This document shows positions 13,041-27,250 of a stretch of DNA of 64,000 nt, one piece after another. The stretch covers positions 10,974,001 to 11,038,000 of the forward strand of contig NC_043013.1 in NCBI RefSeq assembly GCF_006345805.1. Direction: 5' to 3'. Position numbers and translations under genes: made by a program. Below the pieces are notes generated by a model. The model was given only the letters and a program-made list of their open reading frames with translations, searched no databases and was not told the origin of the DNA. The stretch is from Octopus sinensis. Taxonomy: Eukaryota. Position 1 is the first letter of the stretch. The number at the start of each line of letters is the position of its first letter.

Positions 13041-14094
13041 TAACTAAATCATAACTGCTGATAATTGCATAGTTTAGCGTAAAATCCGAAGTCCAAAGTA
13101 ACTGACAATGGTGTGTAAACTTACGTTACTTACGAATTCTTCATCAGCCTTATGATTGATGTATCGAAGTATCAAACTGTGGAAGGATTAATATTTTCTC
13201 TATTACCGTAAGACGCCGAAATGTTACAGTCTTTAGACAGTATATCAAAATAACTTGCGGTGTCTGTGCTGGCTTTCAAGGTTCCGAGTTCAGAATTTCC
13301 TTTTAAAGTTCTGGACGTCCAAAAGTAAGCTACTGCACCAGTGCGGGAGATTGGCAGATTTTATTAGGGCAATATTCTTTGGATTCTAAGCTTTGGGGGA
13401 AGTGAATTAAATCACACTATATTCAACACGGGTGACTTTTGCTGAGTTCGCGTTGTTGCAAGAATTTGGGCCAATCATTTGCTTTGAGAGTAAGCCTCTC
13501 TCTCTAGTCTACACGTCGCGAGAGGAAAGGGTGGTGCCATTAATTCTCTAAAGAAACCGTAGAAAGATACATTTCGTTCTAAATTCCAGCATGTCTACCT
13601 CTAGGTATCGAGGAATAAAAGAATATATATACCTATATAGGCAAAAGAATAAAAGAATATATACCTAAATACACGTGGTGTGTGTGTGTGTGTGTGTGTG
13701 TGTAAGAACACTTGTCTTGCTACGCTGGTCAAATATAATTATCTGCCTTCCTACATAATTATCAGTTTAAAATCACCTGATGATATCAGATTTTTGTTAT
13801 TATGTAATCGAAGTAATCCAAGTATTCACGAATAAAAGTGCTGTTGAAACAGCTGTTGGGGATTTTTAAACACGTTTTTGTTCTTCTTTTATACAAAGCC
13901 ATACTTGGAACCATCTCGCTGTTGGATCTATAATTTATAGTGGATGACGTTCCCATGGGGGGTATACATGTATATATATATATGTGTGTGTGTGTGTATG
14001 TATATGAATATTTGCAACATACAGACACGTACCGGCAACTGAGTGCTGCAAGCCCATTATCCGTTTCAAATCTATGGACTCTAACGAATCCTAC

Positions 14095-14097
<3 letters not shown>

Positions 14098-14168
<71 letters not shown>

Positions 14169-14178
14169 TGAGATAGAT

Positions 14179-14235
<57 letters not shown>

Positions 14236-14252
14236 AAGGTAGGTAGGTAGAT

Positions 14253-14300
<48 letters not shown>
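14098..14300. repeat. (TA)n-(GA)n-(GATA)n compound microsatellite
   Basis: Direct inspection. Confidence 0.95.
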
Positions 14301-14301
<1 letters not shown>

Positions 14302-15154
14302 TTAAGTTTTACATCTAGTATAAAGTGGATGGATGGAAGGAAATGCTATTGACAGTAATGACAGACAGAACAGATAGACGAATACAGAGTACTGTGCAGA
14401 GAATTGCACGGTGGGAATATTAGGTAGAGACTTATAGTAAACTGATCACCTATTCTACACAAATACCTCTCTCTATAATTCTCATTCACTCTGTTTCTCC
14501 CTCTTACAAACACATGTGTGTGCTCGCGCACAAAACAACCACGAAGACAGGCCTTTATGTATGGGCCAACAGGAAAAACGTGAAGCTTAAAAGGACGATT
14601 GATATAGAGCGGAAACTTTGCCGATATCACTTCTGTCCATAGCGATACGAATTTCTTCTTGCTGATTGTGATACGTTGAAGAAATATATCACGAATCAAA
14701 ATAGTGAAATAATGATAAACGGAAGATAATACGCGGAAATGCTTACTGGAATACCACGACACATACTAACGGCAAAATCAAAATCAAATATCCAAAGACA
14801 AAATGACTGATACAATACTAAGAGTTTATTAGAGTGCCTGTTGTATAAAGTTTTTGATAGGTCTACCTCTGAATTTGGCGCAGCAATTTGCACGACTAAA
14901 GATTTCCTGCTGCACAAAAGTAACGGCTGCCGGATTTCGTATTGGCCGGGTGATCAAATATGGCAACGAAATCATTGAGCGTACTGCACTGAAATTGTCA
15001 TTGATAACTGATGGGGATCAATACAATGTCATTAGGGTACATCCGAATGTAATTTAATACAATACAAGATGAATGGGTGTGTAGCTTTGGTGGAGTTCTA
15101 AAATGTTTGATTTTAGAAGAAGGCCAGAAACATATAAGAAACAATACTGGTCGA

Positions 15155-15160
15155 TATATG

Positions 15161-15192
<32 letters not shown>

Positions 15193-15194
15193 AT

Positions 15195-15237
<43 letters not shown>

Positions 15238-15434
15238 ATGCACACATATATATATATATGTATATATATGTATATATATATTATATACATATATATATAT
15301 ATACTTATATATATATATATACATACATATATACACACATTACCTATATATATATATATATATATACGTACGTACGTATGTATAATTATATATGTATATA
15401 TGCATATACTTATGTATGTATACATGTGTGTGTA

Positions 15435-15476
<42 letters not shown>

Positions 15477-15779
15477 TACACACACATGTATACATACATA
15501 AGTATATGCATATATACATATAATTATACATACGTACGTACGTATATATATATATAATATAGGTAATGTGTGTATATATGTGGTGTATTTTTCTATCTGA
15601 CAATCAGTCTGTCTATTTACATGCACATACACACACACACACACACACATATATATATGTATGTATATATATATATATAAGTATATATAATATATATATA
15701 TATATATGTGTATATACATATATATATACATATATATATACATATATATATATATATGTGTGCATACACACACACACAC

Positions 15780-15811
<32 letters not shown>

Positions 15812-15822
15812 ATATATATAAT

Positions 15823-15860
<38 letters not shown>
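15155..15860. repeat. Microsatellite block containing nested inverted duplications
   Basis: 15326-15580 is a near-perfect palindrome centred on (TA)n; about 15211-15330 is mirrored at about 15650-15800. Confidence 0.85.
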
Positions 15861-15862
<2 letters not shown>

Positions 15863-16929
15863 TCTTCAGGACATGCATGCGCAATTTTAGGCCTCTATGT
15901 AAATACATAGAAAGATTGATGTATATATTTTGTATGCTCTTTCCTCTCCAGCTAAATCAGATATAATTACAATCAGAGAAGCATTCTTAGAGGTAAACGA
16001 AAAACACATCGTTCCTTGCATCATGATCACCCAGCTTGTAGTCATAAATTCACATAAACCACCCGCTTCCGGCTGACATAGGGGTGGCTGCACGTTATGC
16101 ATGTCGGACCACACCGGATGTCAGACCGTTGGATAGGTGGCAGTGAAACGTGTTGGGAGTGGGTGGTACTGAAATAATGGCACTCGTGAGGAGGGAGAAA
16201 AATGGGGAGTAACAGTTGGTGACAGTAGGACAGCCAGGGAGTTGGAAGTGGTCGGATAAGAGGACAGGGGTGAGGAATCTGTATATATTAGGAAGTAAGG
16301 CAGGTAAGAGTGGAGAAAGGTGGATATATATGAGAACAGCGTGTAGAATGTGTTGCGGTAGGGAATACCGAGGAGCGAAAGGAAGTGAAAAGGGGGAAAA
16401 ATGAGAAGGTATCAATGGGTATTGCTTAAAACATTCCTAAAGAATGGCAGAAAAGTTGTGGAAATGAAAGTGTAAAAAATGCACTAGACGAAAAGAGGTG
16501 AAAATGGGAGGAGAGGGAACAGATAAGATGAAACAGGGGAGGAGGAAGACAGAATAAAAATGAAAGTAATATATATATGAACTAAAAATGGAAAGCATTC
16601 CAATAAGATTTAAATGGCATATTGTGTGTTTCATATCAGACCACACCGAGCGTTGAGATGTGTGTGACTTCGTGTGTGTATTGATGTGTGCCAACGCATG
16701 TCTAATGTACACACACACACACACACACACACGTATATAGATATGTGTGTTACCTAATGTCGAAAGAGGGATAATCGAGTGTTCAATACATGATTTAAAC
16801 GATAAGGATTTTTTTTTTCATTGTGATTGAAGCTGAGAATCTCGAGATTCGAGTTACACGCCACTGCGATCGCTTAAAATTAACAGTACTAATAAGCAGT
16901 TGTTAGAATTTAATATACTGATTGCTTTT

Positions 16930-17060
16930 AATAGGAGACCAGCGGGTGACCGGTGAGGGAGCCACGAACGGTACGGACCCCGGAAAATATGGAACGAGTC
17001 AGACAAGCTTTGATACGGAGTTCGAATCGCTCTGCTCGGCGGCATTCCTCTGAACATAAA
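16930..17060 (+). pseudogene. Tc1/mariner transposase linker/HTH fragment
   Basis: From 16962: PRTVRTPENMERVRQALIRSSNRSARRHSSE, typical of mariner/maT-like N-terminal regions. Confidence 0.7.
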
Positions 17061-17249
17061 GTCTGAATGTTCAAATTCTTCATTCTCCTTATTATCAATA
17101 TTATTCTTTACACTCTAAGTAGCCAAGAAAGAAACTGTAACATCGGATGGGAGCTAAAAGAAGTTTACCAAGCAAAGCACCATCTGAAGGAACCAGCGTT
17201 GGTATTCTACAAAGAGAAATTCGGTATCCCTCCTCTTACACGCATAAAG

Positions 17250-17547
17250 GATAAAGATACCCTTCGTTCATGAATACCCACCTAGAAAGTACCTCTCCGA
17301 GGCACAAATCCGAGCATGGATGATTATGGAAGACTAGAAGTTGCCCATACATGCCAGTCTCCCCTCTGCATGTCACCGATGTTATCCAAGGGAAAGGCAA
17401 AGGCCGATACACCTTGGCACCAGTGAGGTCGCAACTCATTTCTACAGTTTCTTGCTCAACAACACAACACACAACCCGGTCCGGTGATTGAACTCATGAC
17501 TTCGTGTTTGTGAGCCAGACTTTCTAACCACTGAGCCAAGCGCCTTT
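17250..17547 (-). mobile_element. tRNA-derived SINE of a further family
   Basis: Minus strand GGCGCTTGGCTCAGTGGTTAG (A box)...GAGTTCAATCACC (B-box-like), then body and tail ending tatctttatccttt. Confidence 0.8.
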
Positions 17548-17555
17548 ACACACAC

Positions 17556-17608
<53 letters not shown>

Positions 17609-19429
17609 GATCTAAGCGACTAATTAATTTGAATCTGGCTAACAGCGATGTAAACCGGAAAACAATAAGTAAAAGCGTGAATCACAAGTATGCCATATGA
17701 ATGGAAGATGGATAAGGGCATGTTCCAAGAATATTAAAGTATGCTTCCACAAATGACTTTTCTGCAGAATCGAAGCTGATTAAGACAGGTTCTTATTCTA
17801 CCGTATTATAAACCCACATCGAACACAACATGTGTTTGTAATCTAAGACCGATACGTTCATGAAAATAAGAGTTTGTTTTTTTTTTGGTCTTTGTGGGGT
17901 GTTTTTTGCATATTGAACTCGAGAAAAATTTTGGTAGATAATTTATTTTGTGTGAATCTTCGTTGCACACACGCCCACACACATACATACACATGAACAC
18001 ATACACACGTATACACACCCAGTGACATACACACGAATATACATAAACATGCATAATTATGCCTACACATATCAGTCCCCTACGGTAGCATATCACTATT
18101 ACTCTTAAGGTCATCATTTCCTTTTTACACACAATTCTATGCTGTCTAGCTAATCCAATGCTTGGCCAAATTAGATGCAATTAAATAGACTAATATAGAC
18201 CTCTGCTCTGTTACAGTTTCACATAGATTAAGAAATTTGCCATGGAAACTTGCAACGATGAAACACACGCAAAAATATATGAGATTAAAGAAGAGATACA
18301 ATGTCTAACCAGTGTGGCTTTCTTTACTGTTTTTGCTTTAATTACAGTTTAATAATATATTTCAAGAAGATTCTATTTCTGTTACTAAAGCTCAACGAGG
18401 CGCGGAATATAATAATTTATGAGGTAAAAATTGGTCGAATCGGAAACAGAGCAATGTGCGATATTGACTTTACGTCGTCATATTATTAATATGTTTTTTT
18501 TTTTTAATCCGTATAATAAAAGCTTTAGCGAAAGATCTTCAACTGAAGAATCCATTTCAGTAATATTTATTGAAATTTGAGCAGTAGATTGAAAAATTGG
18601 GGTAAAAAATTAATGAAAGTTTAATGAGAGTAGTTCCTACATTCGTTTTAAACTAGAAATTCTCTGATATTGTGGGAAACCAAACAACATAGAGCTAAGC
18701 TTTTCTTAAAATATCTAGGTGGGAGAAATCTACGTGGCACCGCATCAGAACTGGTTTCTATAAAACGACTTATGAAACAAAAATGTTGTCAAATTTGAGG
18801 TTGATCAATTATATATTTTTGTAAAAAATATATAAAATATGAAGTTTCGATTTTACATTAATATATAAGTGCTAGATCCTTCGCTTGCCTAGATTCCAAA
18901 GAGGGCATTTTTTTTCTTTTGTTAGCCAACATCATTTGATCTATATTTTGTCATGAAAATATAATAGTCCTTGTATTTGTTAATGATTTGTACTTGAGAC
19001 AAACGGGTAATTGCCGAAAAAATAGATAGTGTCAATAAGAAAGAAAAAAATGAATTTAAAATAGTATATTCAAAATTGTTATAAGAATGTTCTGCCAATT
19101 ATATGCTTTGATCAAACAATCTACATATATTAAATAGATGTACTTTTCGTTTAAACAAAATTTCTACATTATATCAAAAACAAATAACGATTTATTCAAG
19201 CATAGTTAATTTTTCAAAATATCAAATAGCGACATTATGTTCAAACAGATATGAAAGCAAATAAAATTTCATTAATTAATGTAATTGACATAAAAAAATT
19301 ATCATTTCCAAATATCAAATAAATAATATGAAAAAAGAAATTTCTCATTTCATTTAAATGATTTTAAAAATAATTCTATACGTAGAATCTGGATGCAACA
19401 AAAACATGTTCAAAACAGTTTTTATAATA

Positions 19430-19605
19430 TTGGTTTCAAAATTTTGGAACGAGGCCAGCAATTTTGGGGAGGGAGAAGACTTTAACATCAATCCCAGTAC
19501 TTAACTGCTACTTATATTATCTACCCCAAGAAGGACGAAAAGCAAAATCGACAACAACAGAATTTGATCTCAGAATGTAAAGACTGACGAAATGCAACTA
19601 AGCAG
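19430..19605 (-). mobile_element. Decayed SINE B-related copy
   Basis: cccagtac..aactg..tacttat...aagga.gaaaagcaaa.tcgac...gaatttga.ctcagaa. Confidence 0.7.
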
Positions 19606-20186
19606 TTTGACAATTTGTTATTTGTACAATTAAAACATACTTGTATTTTGTTGTTGCTTTTCTGGGCGTTTTTGTATCACACTTCACATGTTCATCATGT
19701 TTGGAAGCAGCAACGACTGTGAAGAACGGAGCAAGGAAGGCGCCAAGTACCGTCGCAAGGTACCTCCAAGCTGGTCCTCCGATACTAGGTTTGTCATCGT
19801 GACTAAAGGCATCTAAATCCTAAATTCTAAGTCCTAAACTCTAAATCCTAAATTCTGTTTACTCAAGGAGTTTCCTGAAAACGTGATCGTCATCAGACTA
19901 CTTTTCACTTTAGTTCTACAACACCTATTTGTTTTATTACTTTCCAACCAATGCTATCCAATTAATCTACTGTTAATTTGATGGCGTTAACCTCTTTTCT
20001 TTCGAGTTCCTGATTGGCATTTTATATAATTTGTTTTTTAATAATTTATAAAATTTGCAATTCAATCATTTTGGAAAGGAATTTAATTTTACAGCTATTG
20101 TAATTCTAGTTCTGTCTCAATGTCTGTAAAAAGTGTTGCCTATATAAGGATTGGCCCAGCAGCATAGAAAAAAAAAACACGCAGAA

Positions 20187-20650
20187 GGCGTAGGAGTGGC
20201 TGTGTGGTAAGTAGCTTGCTTACGAACTACATGGTCGCAGGTTCAGTCCCACTGCATGGCACCTTGGGCAAGTGTCTTCTACTATAGCGTCGGGCCGACC
20301 AAAGCCTTGTGAGTGGATTTGGTTGACGGAAACTGAAAGAAGCCAGTCGTATATATGTATATATATATATATGTGTGTGTGTATGCGTATATGTATGTGT
20401 GTATGTATGCGTGTGTATGTATGTGTGTGTATATGTTTGTGTGTCTGTGTTTGTCCCCCCACCATCGCTTGAGAACCGATGCTGGTGTATTTACGTCCCC
20501 GTAACTTAGCTGTTCGGCAAAAGAGACCGATAGAATAAGTACTAGGCTTACAAAGAATAAGTCCTGGTGTCGATTTTCCTCGACTACAGGCGGTGCTCCA
20601 GCATGGCCACAGACAAATAACTGAAACAAGTAAAAGAGTAAAGAACAAGA
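20187..20650 (+). mobile_element. SINE family A, full length
   Basis: A box TGGCTGTGTGG, B box GGTTCAGTCC, internal (TA)/(TG) tract, tail GGCGGTGCTCCAGCATGGCCACAG...GAAACAAGTAAAAGAGTA. Confidence 0.95.
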
Positions 20651-21812
20651 GTAAGGTATTAAGTGCACTGAGAAAAGGACAAGACACACTCCGAGATATT
20701 ACATCGGCAAAGGGAATTGAAATATAACAGAATGGTTTTAATATTTATATAAGTGGTAAAGCATACCCCAACGTTAGTTCATAAATCATCCTATAAAGAA
20801 AATCCTATGTGAAATTTCGTGTATTTATTCTGTATAAAAAATAATACAGTGTATGATGTGAAGGGTTTGAACTACTCATGTATGATGGAGATATAGTAAC
20901 GGTTGGTATAAAGTTATCTGTAATCCTTACATAATTGTCACAGAACATCGATGGGCCGAAACGATCGTTGTGAACAATAAGATTCCTCGTATATTCTATT
21001 CTCCGTCTTTGTCATTATATATACACTCATAAACACAGACACATAGACACACACTCACTAACACACAGACATTCATGCATACTGTCATGTATTATATATT
21101 TTGTATATGTATCGGAGAAACTTGCATATGTTTTGTAGAATGAACTATTCGTTAACATTCGGTTGACTGTAGTACAAGTTATCACTTGGTCGTACGCTTC
21201 ACTCTTTTTTTTTCTCATTGTTATTTATTGCCACAGAGTGTAAGAGCAACCACAGATCTTGAACTTAACATGAAATGAGAAGTGAGAGAAATACGTACTT
21301 TCATAATTAAGAAAATGTAATTAAGAAAGTGTAATAGAGTATAAACGAGTCTAGTTCCCAGTGGACATTGCAAAGTGTAATTTAATTAGCGCTTAAATAG
21401 ATGGAAAGACGGGTAGATAAATATTCAGATATATAAAAGGGAAGTTAGAAAGGAAGACAGATACATACATTTATATACAAAGAGAAAGACAGAGACAAGG
21501 AGACAGAGAGACAGACAGATAAACAGAGATGGAGAGAGAGAGTGGGCGAGAGAGGGAGACAGAGAGGGAGAGAGATAGATAAATAGATAGAAGAGTATAT
21601 GTTAGAATTAAAAAATAGGTGGAATGGGGATGTATATGTGTGTATTTATCTGTTCATGTGTGTACTAGCCTGTGGGTAAATACTAGTATATATGCATATC
21701 TACACACATACATATGTATGGGTGTACCTCTATATATACATACATATATATATATCCTAAATCTAATTTTTCCCTGTAAGTTTGGATTTATTCCCTAATA
21801 TTATTATTATTA

Positions 21813-21887
<75 letters not shown>

Positions 21888-21895
21888 TATTCTTA

Positions 21896-21975
<80 letters not shown>

Positions 21976-22275
21976 GCATACATGTAGATATATACATAAT
22001 ATAGTTAACAAAACAAAACATATATCAGAAAGAAGCACACTCCAACAAATAGAGCAGTAATTATTATAACAAAATGCTATATAGAGTTACCCTAGGTCCC
22101 GCGCCCACAAAGCAAGGTCTTATGGACAGTTCTTTAGACTCTACAGGAATACAAAATTTTAAAATATTTACGTTGCAAACGTGAGGAAACGCTCAGAACT
22201 CGAAGAATACGAAAAAACGTCAATGAGTAAGGGTTATTTCACATATGTACATACATTCATATATGTATACACATA

Positions 22276-22634
22276 CAGAGTGTTTAAAAAGTCTTCATAT
22301 ATACGAAAATTTAATTTTTTAATAAGAGACAGTTTAGAAGATCCCCTAGATCCCCTGATCTGACCCCTCTTGATTTCTATCTTTTGGGAGCATTTGAAAG
22401 GCATGGTGTATCGCGGAATGATAAAACTCATAAACCCTTTGAAGGAACGCATCACCAACACATTTGCACATGTATCACCATATGTGCTATTACAAGATCA
22501 CAACGTATTGCAATGAGTATTCAAAACAATGACAAACATATAGAGCCTTTTAAATAAATAAAAAACGTTCTTATAAACGGTTTCTTATAAAAAGATAAAT
22601 TGCTCTTATGTATGGTGACTTTTGAATCACTCTG
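22276..22634 (+). mobile_element. Non-autonomous mariner/maT-like element (359 bp) retaining the transposase C-terminal motif
   Basis: TA|cagagtgtttaaaaagtc ... gacttttgaatcactctg|TA; internal SPDLTPLDFYL/(W)EHLKGMVY. Confidence 0.88.
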
Positions 22635-22638
22635 TATG

Positions 22639-22675
<37 letters not shown>

Positions 22676-23282
22676 CACGTTTCTGCATGTTGTAAATGAT
22701 TTCTTTCGAAAAGGAATTCATTTTCAATGTTCTTATCCCTCTTCGGGATATACTCGGTGGAAAGGTATGCCCATTCTGAGCTTGTGCGTTCAAGTAAAGA
22801 ATAAAATATTATAGGGAACTACAGTCTAAGATAAAAAGGGAGCTTAACAGGGAGATACTTTCGTATAATCCTTCATTTTCGATTGATATACAGAAAACAA
22901 TTCTTAGCATCATTAAACATCTCGCCTGAAAATAACATCCCCGACCAAAAGTAAAAGATATCAAACATGCTTATTTCCCTTAAGCTAGTCTACAAGAGTG
23001 AATTTGCAAATACAAAATTTATACGAGTTACAAAATGATTCTGAAAATGTCACCGATGAAAATATGCTTATATGAATAAAATGCAAGATTAAATGCATCT
23101 AATAAGCCATTAATAACATAAATTGATTATACTTTTATGACCGTTAATACATTTAAAAACCGACTCCACGAGCTCAAGTGTACATTGTGAATAGCACTAG
23201 GGTAATAAAATGGCGGCCTTTTGGCAACACACAACTCATTATATGTACAGCAGAAAAGCTACCCAATTTAAATCAACAATCA

Positions 23283-23286
23283 TATC

Positions 23287-23360
<74 letters not shown>

Positions 23361-23472
23361 AGGGAGAGAGAGAGAGAAAGAGAAGGGAGAGAGAGAGAGA
23401 AAGAGAAGGGAGAGAGAGAGAGAAAGAGAAGGGAGAGAGAGAGAGAAGAGAGAGAGTGTGTGTGTGTGTGTG
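23283..23472. repeat. (CT)n-(TA)n-(GA)n compound with short purine tandem repeat
   Basis: agaaagagaagggagagagag units repeated about 4 times. Confidence 0.9.
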
Positions 23473-26056
23473 ATAGATTGATACTTAAAATTTTCAAGGA
23501 AATATTTAGTTATATCCTTGAATCCGGAGTTGTTACAATCGTGGCTGAGTTGTTAAGAAGATCACTTTAAGGTTTTGTGATCTAGAGTTCCACACATAAC
23601 TTTTCCTATTGCGTCTGTTCACCCAAGCGATGTGCTTACAGTAGAAAGGATTATGATGAAAATCCATTATCAATTATATGGTTTTAATCATTCAGTTGTT
23701 TCACTATACAGTTTTATATTTTCAATGTAGGAATACAAATTATAGTAGATTCTAGAGGCATTTGAACTCAGATCTAATCGAGAATGTTCCTCCATTTTCT
23801 CAGGGTTTCTTTTTATCAAGGGCTACTAGAATTGGACATAAATCTCTGCAATCAATCAGACCATCTGCTAAAACTTCTGTTCAAACAAACATCGAACGAG
23901 GGACGTTTCTTTCTTCTTCGTTTTTCGAAGAGACACATCAACTGATGAAAAGGTACAATGATCAACGATTCCAACGCTGGTTAAGGTACTGGCTGGTCTC
24001 CTAGCAACTGAAATATGAATTCATATCTTATAGCGAGCGGTCTACACTTATTTGTATCTATTTCATTTATTTGTTTTCGTTTCAGACACACTCACATTCA
24101 GCAGGGTTTCACTTAGCGCCTCATTGCCTGCACAAACAATTTCTATTGATATCGAGAAATACGGATGGAATTGCACACAGTCTATTTGAAAATGAACAGT
24201 TATGTGGTGATATGTAAACATAGAACAAGCTCATTTTTGAAACCAATGATCCTGTTTCTATATCTGTTTTGTGATTAGCTCATTCATATCTTTCAAAACA
24301 TCATATTCCTTAGCTATGCAAATAACGACTGATTTATGTCTCTAAAACTTCCAGGCGCCACTGATGATAATTGACGGTAATGTTATATGCGTTTCAGCAA
24401 TGAGAAGAGCAATTGCTTCGCTTTGAATGAATCCGCATTGATTCTGCCGCGGGTTTTGCTCCGGCCGTGACCAGAATCTACACCTTCAAGTCTTCCCTTG
24501 CCATTTTAAAATAAAAAAGAAATTTTTTAAATGCCAAACAAAGACTCATTTGATGATGTACTGTTTGATAATCTATTTCTCTAGTGTATATAACTAGCGC
24601 ATAACCAATGTGTCTTTTCTTGTCGTAAAAGAAACCCCAATTGGAGTAAGTATGCATGTGTTTAAACTACTGGTTTATACAGGTGGAGAAAAAAAGTAAA
24701 GATATCCACTTTTGATCTGAGAGGTACTAGACACGTACTAGTCCTCGATTGTCTACTTCCTCCAACCTTGCAATTATAACAATTATATCTACAACAACTC
24801 CATCAACAGCTACAACAATAACTACAATAACAACAATAATTATTATAATTATATTGTTAGTGTTATATGTAGTAGTATTAGTAGTATTATTATCATAAAA
24901 AGTAATTCCTCATTCAGGCGCAAGATTTGCAATATTGAAAGGACTTTTGACATCAGTACTTGATCAATATTAACAAGAACTGTAAAAAATGACAATAATG
25001 ATACCAATATTAATGATAGCACCAATAATCATAATCATAATGAATTTCTTTGCTAACATCGGCGCTGGTTTCTTTCTGTTTTTGTACATGATGTTGCTGA
25101 TGTGATTGAGGGTGGTGGTGGTGGTGGTGAGGGTAATGGCAATGTTGTTGATGATGATAATATACATGAACTCACAACTAATGCGCACATTCGTACTTTT
25201 CTTTATACTGTCAGTTCTAATAAATAATTCATCAAAATTACATTTATGATACGAAGAGTTTTATTTCAAGAGTTTGTGTTCAAGAGAAACGTAATGAAGA
25301 ATCAAATTGCTAAGAATAATTGCTAAGAATTGATATTTGCAGAAAGTATTTTGGAAATTCCTAAAAGTAAAAAAAAAAAAAAATGGAGAGAGACAGAATG
25401 AGAAGAGAGAATTAAAAGAAGGAACCTAATATTATAACTAATTTACAGACAATATCAGCTTAATTTCTTTCTATACGACTGGCTTTTAAAACATTTATTC
25501 CATACTACTGTACGTCTTCAGTACATGACATATTCTGTCCTTTATTTTTCATTATAGATATTTCATCAGAGATTCAGATGATATACTAAACTTAACTGAA
25601 GCATATATAAATGTTTCGGTTCCATAAGAGTGCTCTTTAAATGGTCAAATTTCCTTGCTGTTTCAACAGTCAGACATTGTAACGTAAATAGTAAGTTATT
25701 GATAAATAATGAGTGAATTTCAGTGTCGTAATGTGATGTCTTTGAAATGCTATACAACGAGAAAACAATAAACTATAATACAAGACAACGATTTTTCAAT
25801 GTGAATATAAATTACCAGGAGAGTAGAGAAGAAACTGAATCATCAGATAGATATGGATTTGTAATGTTATATATAAATATATGTGTGTATGTGCGTGTGT
25901 GTGTGTGTGTATTTGTGTGCATGTATACACTTGTGTATATGTACACACTTGTAAATTTATATCCATCTCTCTCTCTCTCTTTGTCTCTTTGTCTCTTTCT
26001 CTCTCTCTTTCTCTCTTTCTTTCTCTCTCTCTCTCGCTATATATATATGTATATAT

Positions 26057-26102
<46 letters not shown>

Positions 26103-26276
26103 TACATACATATACATACCTGCATACATACACACATATATATGTATGTGTGTATATATATATATATAAATAAATATATATACATATATATACACACATA
26201 CACACACACACAAACACTCAGGTATTTATATATATATATAGATATATATATATATATTTCTTACTAGATGTTATAC

Positions 26277-26326
<50 letters not shown>

Positions 26327-26429
26327 TATATATACGTATAACATCTAGTAAGAAATTCCGATGGGAAGGAATGGTTTTAGCCGTTCGCAAAAATGCAATT
26401 CACATGATGCGGAGTCTATTATTTTCATT

Positions 26430-26486
<57 letters not shown>

Positions 26487-26649
26487 AGAGAGATAGAGAG
26501 GGGGGAGAAGACAGGGGGAGAGATAGATAGATAATATACTTAGATACTTCAATTCAAGTTAAGTACACATGTATGTGCGTGTATATGTATGTTAGCACAG
26601 CATAAGAATCATTGCTGTTAAGCTGTATCACTACACAGTTTGATAAAAT

Positions 26650-27250
26650 GCAATGCATTACAGCCAAATAATCAAGTGGTTCGTTCTATAGAAGCTTTGA
26701 ATTTGCTATCCATTTTGGTGATCTTAATATGATACCTTTCTTCCAGAACTGAACGGATTCAACAGCGTTAAATATCTGCTTCAAAGCAAAGAATCTTTAT
26801 TTTTGTAAATTTTGACGCAAATTCTTAAGCAGCTTCCTAATCGCTTCATCAAATTTTGCTCAGCAGTTTGCTATTAAATAGAAAGAAGCACCGATTTTAA
26901 GACTTGTCAACCTGTTCCTTACTGTCCGAAAATCCAGATTGTAGTTGATTTATGGTTGATTTTTAAAGTTGATTTTATTAAAAATTCCTTCATACTCTGT
27001 CTGGCGCAGAAACTGTCTTTCGGCAATACTTTTGCAGTTTTATCTTCGAAATTTCTGTCCAGACGTTCTGACCATTTAAGATTTTACTGTTCCTGATATT
27101 TTATCTTCCTGTCTTTTAATCTCTCTCACAGTTGCTTCGTTTACATTAAAGCTTCCCCTACTTTCTGAAGATATTCTGACCATTTTACACAAAGTTCTTG
27201 ATTAAAATTTTCATACTGCTATTTATCTCCTTTCGGAGATTTAACTTTTA
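26650..27250 (-). pseudogene. pogo/Tigger (CENP-B-like) transposase remnant
   Basis: Minus fragments FNVNEATVREIKRQEDKI (HTH), FSDSKEQVDK, LKQIFNAVESVQFWKK (QIFNADETGLFWKK-like) and KFKASIERTT*LFGCNA. Confidence 0.8.

Noticed and set aside
14854-15057. 67-aa ORF with ordinary composition
   Set aside because: Non-ATG start, short, and no recognisable motif or splice support
16060-16160. GAAACGTGTT motif with nearby hairpin (cggctgacat/atgtcagaccg)
   Set aside because: No properly placed CUGANGA box or stem II; too weak to call a ribozyme
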